Below are positions 17,477 through 25,232 of a DNA stretch of 64,000 nucleotides, one piece after another. How positions within the stretch are numbered: position 1 is the stretch's first letter; each line of letters starts with the position of its first letter. The stretch is taken from contig CAUUCP010000003.1 of the NCBI GenBank assembly GCA_963543925.1, positions 13,763 through 77,762 on the forward strand, in the 5' to 3' direction. Position numbers and translations under genes: made by a program. The notes beneath the pieces are model-generated. The model searched no databases and was not told the origin of the DNA. It saw nothing but the letters and a program-made list of their open reading frames with translations. This DNA comes from an uncultured Bacteroidia bacterium (lineage in GTDB: Bacteria; Bacteroidota; Bacteroidia; Bacteroidales; CAJPTX01).

Positions 17477-19063
17477 CCACGACCCGATGTTACGCTTCTC
17501 CTCATCAAAGGAGGCGCCAATGAGGAGGAGTTTCTTGTGTGATGATTGGTAAGGGGCAGCGTAACCCTGAGCGATGATTTGCGCGATAGCATCCTCGGGG
17601 GTTCCTGCACTCCAGAGCTTTAACTCAAAGATGTAGATCACCTGGTCGGTGTGGACGATAATATCTGCCCGCCCCTTGTTGTTGTGCACCTCGGTATGGA
17701 CAAATTTCCCTAACAAGGTAAAGATGAAGTAGAGGGCGACTTGTGCATCGCGTTCTCGGTACTCGACGTCGTTGATATTGTCATAAGGCACGCCCGCCAG
17801 GAGGGACTCTATCTTGGCCATGATCTGCGCTACGTCGCCTGTCTCTATAGCCTCTTGGAACTCCCAGACAGCCGCCCCGGTCTCGGAGTATTTGAGTGGC
17901 GCGAGGATGGGCTGTAGATTGCCGAGGAAACTATACTTTACCTCGTCGTTCGGAAATCCGAGGCGATAGGTCTCGCTCGCGGGGAGGTAATCTTTGATCG
18001 TCAGATATCCTGCTTGGAAGAGTACGGGGATCACATCCTGCGAATCGGTGCTATAATTTTCCAAGGCAAAGCGTGGGACGGGGACTCCCTTTTCGAAGTT
18101 TGGGAAGTAGTGCCGTTCGTGTTTGAGCTTCTCTACGAGGAAGGTGGGAGTGCCCGTTGTGTACCAATAGTTGCTAAATCGCTTCTTTTGCAGTACGTTG
18201 AGTAAACTAAAGGGGTTGTAGACGTGCACGTCGCTGTCTTCTGTAAAGAGGTAACCGTCGTAGTGTTTTTTGAGTTTAGCGAGCATGTCTTGGTGGGAGA
18301 GGTTTTCTTTGGCAGCGAACTCCTCGATCTCGGGGGCAAAATTCGCTTCTAGTTCCGCCTCGGTAATACCACAGATTCCAGCCATATTCCCATCCATACT
18401 GATATCATTCAGATGGTTAAGACCGCTAAAGATCCCCACCTTACTGAAGCGCGTTACGCCCGTTAGGAAGACGAAGCGGAGGTATTCGCTAGTTCCCTTT
18501 AGGACGGAGTAGAAGCCGTGGAGGGTATTCTTTATTTTTGCATGGAGCTCTGCGTCACCTAGTGTATCGATCAAGGGTTTGTCGTATTCGTCTACTAGGA
18601 CGACCACCTGTTGCCCAGTCTGTTCGTATGCGCGACGGATAATCCCGCGGAAACGTGTAGCGAAATCTTGTTCCGAGGTTTCTGTTCCATAGTGTTTTTC
18701 CCAACCTGTCAATTGGTCATTCAGGTTGATTTCGAGGGTTCCAGGACGCTTGTTATTGTTATCACTCAGGTCGAGGTAGAGGACAGGATACTCCTGCCAC
18801 GGCTGACGTTGCTCGTCTGCTGCGAGCTCGGGTTCGGCATCTTCTAGATAGAGTCCCTGAAAGAGCTCTTTCTTTCCTAGGAAATAGGCTTCGAGGGTGG
18901 AGAGTAGGAGGCTCTTACCGAAGCGCCGCGGACGACTGAGGAAGTAGGCTTTACCTTTTAGTAACTGGTAGATATACTGTGTTTTATCCACGTACAAAAA
19001 GTTCCTTTTGCGAAGGTCTTGAAAGCTCTGCTCGCCCACAGGCATTACACGTTTTGCGGTCAT
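17450..19063 (-). CDS. ATPase-nuclease fusion protein, copy B (same family as 15700-17340)
   Basis: The track ORF runs to a TTG at 19279. The ATG at 19063 gives the same N-terminus as copy A (MTAKRVMPVGEQSF...). Away from the very C-terminus, copy B matches copy A except for an ~88-codon central cassette. Confidence 0.85.
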   Translation of the reverse strand: MTAKRVMPVGEQSFQDLRKRNFLYVDKTQYIYQLLKGKAYFLSRPRRFGKSLLLSTLEAYFLGKKELFQGLYLEDAEPELAADEQRQPWQEYPVLYLDLSDNNNKRPGTLEINLNDQLTGWEKHYGTETSEQDFATRFRGIIRRAYEQTGQQVVVLVDEYDKPLIDTLGDAELHAKIKNTLHGFYSVLKGTSEYLRFVFLTGVTRFSKVGIFSGLNHLNDISMDGNMAGICGITEAELEANFAPEIEEFAAKENLSHQDMLAKLKKHYDGYLFTEDSDVHVYNPFSLLNVLQKKRFSNYWYTTGTPTFLVEKLKHERHYFPNFEKGVPVPRFALENYSTDSQDVIPVLFQAGYLTIKDYLPASETYRLGFPNDEVKYSFLGNLQPILAPLKYSETGAAVWEFQEAIETGDVAQIMAKIESLLAGVPYDNINDVEYRERDAQVALYFIFTLLGKFVHTEVHNNKGRADIIVHTDQVIYIFELKLWSAGTPEDAIAQIIAQGYAAPYQSSHKKLLLIGASFDEEKRNIGSWVLAPDGRD

Positions 19064-19106
19064 TCTCTTCTGGTCTATTCTTGCGAAAGGTACGAAAAGT
19101 CTAGGG

Positions 19107-19129
19107 CTAGACGGGCGGAAATTGAAGGA
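19107..19129. repeat. Inverted partial copy of the ~30-nt GC-rich repeat unit
   Basis: The plus strand gctagacgggcggaaattgaaggag is the reverse complement of ctccttcaatttccgcccgtctagc. It starts just where identity between the upstream regions of copies A and B ends (19101 / 17378). Confidence 0.55.
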
Positions 19130-19245
19130 GAGGGGGCGTAATGCCTTTCTATCCCCCTTTGCGATGCTTGTCCTACACAGTGTGAGAAGAAGCTGCCTAT
19201 CTTCAGGTCTACGACTGTTTTTTATGCGCACAGTGTACACTACCA

Positions 19246-19468
19246 CTTTAGGGAATCCTAAAGCGCTATTTTTATACAATAAACTAAATAATAGCGTACT
19301 GGAATAAAGAAATACGTATAGCGCATAGGCTATTTTGGCGTAGGTAATTTTACCTAATATAGTCGGTGTAGCGTCGGTGTATAGTCGGTGTAGCGTACGT
19401 GTAGCATTGGTGTACTCCGAACATGCCTTGTTTTGGGAGTGGGAATTGAGGAAAATATAAAGCGGTAT
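19246..19468 (+). repeat. 223-bp dispersed element, copy R2
   Basis: It has the same length as 61261-61483 and aligns end to end with it in direct orientation. The first 32 nt (ctttagggaatcctaaagcgctatttttatac) and last 25 nt (aattgaggaaaatataaagcggtat) are identical. By eye the element is roughly three quarters identical overall. It contains five 11-nt units at 19361-19415. Confidence 0.8.
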
Positions 19469-19520
19469 AAGCTCTCTTCTGGAATATATTTCCAGCCAAT
19501 TTTCTCTGTTTTTTTTGACA

Positions 19521-19583
19521 CACCTCCCCTAGTGGCTTCCACTCGACCGCCGCGCCATTTAGCGACGCTTCTAGATAAGTCAT
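19521..19583 (-). pseudogene. hsdS: hsdS 5' remnant (first 21 codons only)
   Basis: MTYLEASLNGAAVEWKPLGEV matches the start of the hsdS at 62207 (..YLEALLGGAKVEWKPLGEV). The nucleotide homology covers 19521-19577 vs 62121-62177. After codon 21 the frame runs into unrelated sequence and the 223-bp element. Confidence 0.6.
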
Positions 19584-19620
19584 AATGCCTCGCCCTCCAC
19601 CATTTTTTTACAAAGGGTGC

Positions 19621-22578
19621 TCAGAGGTCGCCCCCTAACCCCTTGTATCGTTCCACGAACTCTACCAGCTTCGCATATACGCGGTTCTTTTTCGGGAGAT
19701 ACTCTGGGAGGAGGGGACTCATGCGCGGGAGGATATCACTGAGCTCGGTTCCATTCTCATTCACATACTCCCGTTTGAGCGAGAGGATAAGGAAATGCCG
19801 AGCCTTATTTTCGTTGAGCTCCTCCTCGCAGATGAGGTCTATTATCTCCTGTTCCTTCCTTTTTCTCGCATAAGCGTAAAAGGCGGAAATAAGCGCGTCT
19901 TTATCGGTTATGGTATCAAAGCTTGCAGTGTTTATAAAATCGATTATAAGCGCCTCTTTTGCGCGATTTGAGATACTTGCTTTCGTCATTCGACGTACCT
20001 CCTCTACCAGCGCCTCCTTGTCCTTACGTTTCTTATGGTATTGAAAGATGAGGTCTAGGATATATTCGAGGGTTATTTCCTGCGACTTGAGCAATTCGAC
20101 TTCGAAGACAACGTCCTTCCAGTCGATTTTTTCCTTTTCCTGCTTTTCTTCTCCTGCACGGAGTGCACGACGCCAGTCGCGGATATCGTTATACACGGAT
20201 CGGTAATCTTGCAATGCTCGCTCGGGGAGTACTTCGAGCTCCTGCATCGTCTTCATATCGTCGTCGGTTAAGAAATGTGCTTCCTTGAAGGCTTCTACAG
20301 CTGCAGGGTTGCTCTTATCTATGTGTTGGAAGGCTTTGAGGTAGGTAAACTCGTCGTAGTTCTGTAGGATGTTCTCTATCCGTAGGTAGTCGCCAAAGAG
20401 CTTTACAAAGGTCTTCTTCTCCTCCTCCTTTTCTATCTCCTTGGGTCGTGGGAATATTCCCTTAAGGTCTTGCACGATGGCGCGATAGCCCCGTTTTGCT
20501 TCCCCAGTAAGGATATCGGTAAATCCCTCAAGGTACTCTCGATAACTCTTTTCCAAGACCACGTTACGTGTTTTCTTATCGCCGAAGAGTGTAATGGCAT
20601 CAATCGTGTGTTGCTCTAGGTCTCGGAAGGTGACGATATTCCCAAAGCTTTTCGTAGCGTCATAAATACGGTTTGTACGAGAAAAGGCTTGTATCAGCCC
20701 ATGGTAACGCAAATTCTTGTCTACGAAGAGTGTATTTAGACATGGCGCATCAAAACCCGTGAGGAACATTCCCACCACAATCAACAGATCTACCTCTCGA
20801 CGCTTTACCCGCTTGGCGAGGTCGCGGTAGTAGTTCTGGAAATTCTCTATTCCAAAGCTACTTGGCGTTGGAAAAGCGGCGTTATAGTCTTCTATGGCTG
20901 CCATGAGGAACTCTTTGGCGGTAGTGCCCATGGCGCTAGGGTTGAAGTTCTCATCAGCGATCTCCCCCACGGCTTGTTGCTCCTCGTTAGGGGCAAAAGA
21001 GAAGATGGTGGCAATGCGCAACGGCTGCTCTTTCCCCTCTTGCTGCCTCTTAAACTCTTGGTAATAGAGCTTGGCGGCCTCGATGCTGCTCACAGCAAGT
21101 ATCGCATTAAATCCCGTTCCTGCGGTGGGGTTACGATGAGTCTTAGTATCGTAGTGCTGTAAAATGTAGTGTGTAATCTCCTTAATGCGCTGTGGGTGTA
21201 GGAAGGCTTCTCGTGTTTCTGCGGCGTTAAGCTTCTGTTCGTCTTGTTCACTTTCAATCCCTTTGAAGCGCGGGCGTACGTTGTTATAATCGACCTTAAA
21301 CTTCAACACCTTCTGGTCGCGAATGGCGTCGGTGATCACATAGGCGTGTAGCTCTGGACCGAAGACCGAGGCTGTAGTTTCAGCAGTGGGTGAATTTTCA
21401 GGGAAGATCGGTGTGCCCGTAAAGCCGAACTGATAGTAGCGTTTGAAGCGCTTACGGAGGTTCTTTTGCCCTTCGCCGAATTGCGACCGGTGTGCTTCGT
21501 CAAAGATAAAGACCACCTCCTGTGCATAGACGGGGAGATCCTTCTCGCTCTTGAGCAGGTTGGAGAGCTTCTGGATAGTGGTCACGATAATACGTTGATC
21601 CTTCTTTTCTAGGTTACGTTTGAGCTCCTCGGTGCTCTCTGAGCCGTTGACACTATCGGGGGAGAAGCGTTGGTACTCCTTCATAGTCTGGTAGTCGAGG
21701 TCTCGCCTGTCGACCACGAAAAAGACCTTTTCAATGAAGGGTAATTGGGTTGCTAACTGTGCCGCCTTAAAGCTCGTGAGTGTTTTGCCCGAGCCTGTAG
21801 TATGCCAGATGTAGCCTCCCCCCTCAGGGGTTGACCAAAGCTTCTCTTCGTGTGCGATGCGGATTTTCCAGAGGATACGCTCTGTGGCGGCTATCTGATA
21901 GGGTCGCATCACGAGGAGCGTCTTGGTCGTGTCAAAGACGGAGTAGGTAAGGAGTGTATCCGTACCGTTTGAGATGACAAAGAGCTGCAGGTAACGAAAG
22001 AGCGAGCTTTCGGCATTAAAACTCTCTTTGGCGTAACGTTGCACTTGGTTGAATGCTTCTCGAATAGCCACTCCACGCTTCTTAAGCTCGATTTGCACCA
22101 TTGGCAGCCCGTTGACTAGGATAGTCACGTCGTACCGATTGCGCCGCGTCCCCTCTTGTTGAAACTGTGTGAGTACTTGTAGTTTGTTGAGCGCAACGTT
22201 CGTTTTGTCTACGATACGGATGTTCTGCTCCCGCCCATCGTCAAAACGAAACTGATAGGCGTCGTCGTGATGAATCTTCTCTGTTTTCTCTATCAGCGTG
22301 TCGGCAGGCTTGTCGAGATACTCTGTCAGAAGTCGCGCCCACTCCGAGTCCGAAAATACTACGTTGTTGAAAGTCTCGAGCTGACGACGCAAGTTGACAA
22401 GCAAATCCGCAGACGTCTTCAATTCTAGGTATTCGTAGCCCTGCTTTTTTAGGTCGGCAACAAACTCACGTTCGAGGTCTGCCTCTGTTTGATAGGTGGT
22501 ATTTCCCTCGTAGTATGTAGTATATTCCTCAAGAACGATATAGTGATTGGATTCTGCAATTACGCTTCTGGCACGCAT
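19621..22578 (-). CDS. hsdR: Type I restriction enzyme R subunit (HsdR)
   Basis: The PD-(D/E)xK nuclease motif is [18 protein letters not shown] and the QxxxY motif is NQVQRY. The helicase motifs are MRPYQ, TTGSGKT (Walker A), [10 protein letters not shown] (DEAH) and FGFTGTP. The start is taken at the ATG at 22578; the track start is a GTG at 22593. Confidence 0.9.
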   Translation of the reverse strand: MRARSVIAESNHYIVLEEYTTYYEGNTTYQTEADLEREFVADLKKQGYEYLELKTSADLLVNLRRQLETFNNVVFSDSEWARLLTEYLDKPADTLIEKTEKIHHDDAYQFRFDDGREQNIRIVDKTNVALNKLQVLTQFQQEGTRRNRYDVTILVNGLPMVQIELKKRGVAIREAFNQVQRYAKESFNAESSLFRYLQLFVISNGTDTLLTYSVFDTTKTLLVMRPYQIAATERILWKIRIAHEEKLWSTPEGGGYIWHTTGSGKTLTSFKAAQLATQLPFIEKVFFVVDRRDLDYQTMKEYQRFSPDSVNGSESTEELKRNLEKKDQRIIVTTIQKLSNLLKSEKDLPVYAQEVVFIFDEAHRSQFGEGQKNLRKRFKRYYQFGFTGTPIFPENSPTAETTASVFGPELHAYVITDAIRDQKVLKFKVDYNNVRPRFKGIESEQDEQKLNAAETREAFLHPQRIKEITHYILQHYDTKTHRNPTAGTGFNAILAVSSIEAAKLYYQEFKRQQEGKEQPLRIATIFSFAPNEEQQAVGEIADENFNPSAMGTTAKEFLMAAIEDYNAAFPTPSSFGIENFQNYYRDLAKRVKRREVDLLIVVGMFLTGFDAPCLNTLFVDKNLRYHGLIQAFSRTNRIYDATKSFGNIVTFRDLEQHTIDAITLFGDKKTRNVVLEKSYREYLEGFTDILTGEAKRGYRAIVQDLKGIFPRPKEIEKEEEKKTFVKLFGDYLRIENILQNYDEFTYLKAFQHIDKSNPAAVEAFKEAHFLTDDDMKTMQELEVLPERALQDYRSVYNDIRDWRRALRAGEEKQEKEKIDWKDVVFEVELLKSQEITLEYILDLIFQYHKKRKDKEALVEEVRRMTKASISNRAKEALIIDFINTASFDTITDKDALISAFYAYARKRKEQEIIDLICEEELNENKARHFLILSLKREYVNENGTELSDILPRMSPLLPEYLPKKNRVYAKLVEFVERYKGLGGDL

Positions 22579-22592
22579 TTTACCTCCCCCCA

Positions 22593-24176
22593 CTACGAAG
22601 CGCTCTTGGTAAAATGCTCAATAGCACGGATCTGCTGGTTGATATCTGTGCGCAGGGTGTCGATCTTTTTTACAATCTCCTGTATCGTTGTATTGAGTGC
22701 ACGAATGTCGGTCTCCTCTTCCGCCTCTGTTTCTTGCACCATAGTTCGTTCCCCCAGATAGGTCGTTACCGAGAGGTTGTAGCCGTTCTCTACAATCGTT
22801 CGATAATCCACCATAGTGGCGATATTGGGCAATTTTTGCTTAGTGGCAAAGAGCTCGATGAGCGCCGCGATGTGCTCGTCTGTAAGGACGTTGTTGTTCA
22901 CCTCCTTCTTGTAAAACTGCTCAGAGGTAGCATCAATAAACTGGATATCTGTTCCCTCCTTATGCTTGGATAGTACGAGGATGTTGGTGGCTATCGACGT
23001 ACCATAGAAGAGTCTATCGGGGAGGGCGATAATAGTCTCCACATAGTTGTTATCGACCAAATACTTACGGATTTTCTGTTCTGCACCTCCGCGGTAGAAG
23101 ATTCCTGGGAAACAGACAATCGCCGCCCGTCCGCGTGCAGAAAGATAGTTCAGAGAGTGAAGTACAAAAGCGAAGTCTGCTTTATTTTTCGGGGGGAGCA
23201 CTCCCGCAGGTGCGAAGCGGTCGTCGTTGATAAGTGTGGGGTCGCCAGTTCCTATCCATGTAATGGAGTAAGGGGGATTGGATACGATGACATCAAATGG
23301 CTTATTCTCAAGGAATTGTGGGGCAGTGAGGGTATCGCCTAGCGTTATGGAGAACTTGTCGTAATTGACCTCGTGGAGGAACATATTCATCCGCGCTAGG
23401 TTGTAGGTGGTGTGGTTAATTTCTTGCCCAAAGAACCCTTCCTCTATCGCATTCTCTCCCAGTTGCTTCTTCACCTGCAAGAGTAGCGAGCCCGAGCCTG
23501 CCGCTGGGTCATACACCTTGTTTACAGAGGTCTGTTGATGAAGGGCGAGGCGTGCCAATAACTTTGAGACGTCCTGCGGGGTAAAGAACTCCCCCCCCGA
23601 CTTTCCAGCATTCGCCGCATAGTTCGAGATGAGGAATTCGTAGGCATCCCCAAAGAGGTCGATGTGGTGTTCTTCAAACCTACCGAAGTTTACCTCTCCG
23701 ACACCGTTGAGCACTGCAGCAAGACAACGATTGCGGTCAGCCACCGTGTTACCGAGGCGCGTACTTGAGGTATCAAAATCGGAAAACAGTCCCCTGATAT
23801 TCTTTTCTGACTCATAGCCGATCGCCGAGCTTTCTATTGCACGGAAGATGGCAGCGAGGTCGGTATTAAGGTTCGGATTAGTATGAGCCGTCTTACAGAC
23901 ATTGCTAAAAAGCTGCGACGGGTAAATAAGATAGCCCTTGGTACGAATTGCTTCATCTCGAAGTACATCCGTGATGATACTATCCTCCATCGCTGCGTAA
24001 TTTAGCGAGGAATCGCCCGCCTCGATATAAGCGACAAAGTTCTCACTAATAAAGCGATAGAAGAGCGTCCCGAGGACAAATTGTTTGAAATCCCACCCGT
24101 CGACTGCTCCGCGCACGTCGTTGGCGATCTTCCAAATCGCCGCCTGTAACTCTGCTCTTTGTTCTACACTACTCAT
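22593..24176 (-). CDS. hsdM: Type I restriction-modification N6-adenine DNA methyltransferase subunit (HsdM)
   Basis: The HsdM_N-like N-terminus is [33 protein letters not shown]. The AdoMet motif is [13 protein letters not shown] and the catalytic motif is VSNPPY. The start is taken at the ATG at 24176; the track start is a GTG at 24185. The stop TAG abuts the hsdR region. Confidence 0.92.
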   Translation of the reverse strand: MSSVEQRAELQAAIWKIANDVRGAVDGWDFKQFVLGTLFYRFISENFVAYIEAGDSSLNYAAMEDSIITDVLRDEAIRTKGYLIYPSQLFSNVCKTAHTNPNLNTDLAAIFRAIESSAIGYESEKNIRGLFSDFDTSSTRLGNTVADRNRCLAAVLNGVGEVNFGRFEEHHIDLFGDAYEFLISNYAANAGKSGGEFFTPQDVSKLLARLALHQQTSVNKVYDPAAGSGSLLLQVKKQLGENAIEEGFFGQEINHTTYNLARMNMFLHEVNYDKFSITLGDTLTAPQFLENKPFDVIVSNPPYSITWIGTGDPTLINDDRFAPAGVLPPKNKADFAFVLHSLNYLSARGRAAIVCFPGIFYRGGAEQKIRKYLVDNNYVETIIALPDRLFYGTSIATNILVLSKHKEGTDIQFIDATSEQFYKKEVNNNVLTDEHIAALIELFATKQKLPNIATMVDYRTIVENGYNLSVTTYLGERTMVQETEAEEETDIRALNTTIQEIVKKIDTLRTDINQQIRAIEHFTKSAS

Positions 24177-24354
24177 GGTTGTCACTCCTTCCTAGTGTGG
24201 AACAAAAGTAAAGCAAAAGAATGTGCTAAGCAATCTTTCTAGCCACAATCCCCAGACACCACACAGGCAGTACGATAGATATTAGATGTTAAGGTTTAAC
24301 GTTGGATAAGCGACACAACACGCCGCGAGTCTACGGCATTGACACTTCCCTCGG

Positions 24355-25227
24355 TCAATGCTTCCCCCACTTCACTTGCACTCTTTCTTCGCTAGCAATA
24401 CGTTCTTCGAGTTCACGCACAAGGGTAACCTCGCGATGGTTGAGAATAATGCTCCGCACCTCGTTTTTCACGATAGGAAATGGGGCGACCTCTCCTATGG
24501 GTTTCCACTCCTGAAAAGCAAGGAAATAAACCAAACCGTCCTTCACAAACTCTGCATTACGGACACGACGGTTATCTAGGGCGAGATCTAAGTCTGCTGG
24601 GAGGTACTTTGCCAAGGAGGTCAATGGACACCACTCCTCGGGGGTGAATAGGAACTGTATTCCAGCCTTCATGGAGAGAGAGGAGAGCTTCTGCATATTC
24701 TCGTCATTGACGGGACGTGCATAGAGCTCTTTCACCTCGGCAATATGTTGGCTTCCCTCTGGAATAGTGAGTAGGAGCACCCTCACCAATGGATGTTTTA
24801 AAGTGAAGAGAGGATGATTATCGTCATAGAACTGCTGCATCTCAGACTCGGCAACGAGAGTATCCAGTTTCGTCTGAACATACTGGCTCTCAAAAGACTG
24901 TGTATAAAGGGAACGACGAAAATCCTCCACCTGTCGTTCCAGCTGGGGATTGTCCTTCCCGATCTGTTTTTCTGCATAGAGGTAGAGACGCGTGTTTCGT
25001 ACCCAGATGTCCACGTATTGCTTTACCGCTATAGTACTATCCTCCCGCGATTTACCCTGATAGAGATCCTGTGGGAGTGCAGTACGTAGTAGGACATGAT
25101 CCTCCATCTGTACCACAACATCCTGATTCGAAGCGTGTTCAGAAGAACACGAGCCCAGAAAACAGCCCCAACAGAGCAGCCCCACAAGCAGAAAAATGGG
25201 ACGAAAAGCAACGGAATACCCTTGCAT
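24355..25227 (-). CDS. Hypothetical lipoprotein (possibly SurA_N-like chaperone domain without a PPIase domain)
   Basis: The 290 aa ORF has a lipobox, FLGSC. Its weak resemblance to the helical N-terminal part of SurA/PpiD-like proteins is recall only. Confidence 0.4.
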   Translation of the reverse strand: MQGYSVAFRPIFLLVGLLCWGCFLGSCSSEHASNQDVVVQMEDHVLLRTALPQDLYQGKSREDSTIAVKQYVDIWVRNTRLYLYAEKQIGKDNPQLERQVEDFRRSLYTQSFESQYVQTKLDTLVAESEMQQFYDDNHPLFTLKHPLVRVLLLTIPEGSQHIAEVKELYARPVNDENMQKLSSLSMKAGIQFLFTPEEWCPLTSLAKYLPADLDLALDNRRVRNAEFVKDGLVYFLAFQEWKPIGEVAPFPIVKNEVRSIILNHREVTLVRELEERIASEERVQVKWGKH

Positions 25228-25232
25228 AGAAA

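Noticed and set aside
19064-19279. A 72-codon N-terminal extension of ATPase-nuclease copy B, from the track ORF's TTG start at 19279.
   Set aside because: The extension reads through the palindromic start of the 223-bp element and the inverted GC-rich repeat. Copy A and the family N-terminus both begin at MTAKRVMPVGEQSF, so the ATG at 19063 is preferred.
15256-24354. The island as a prophage, ICE or transposon.
   Set aside because: I found no integrase, transposase, relaxase, capsid or terminase-like ORF and no flanking tRNA. Direct target-site duplications were not evident by eye. The mobility mechanism is left open.
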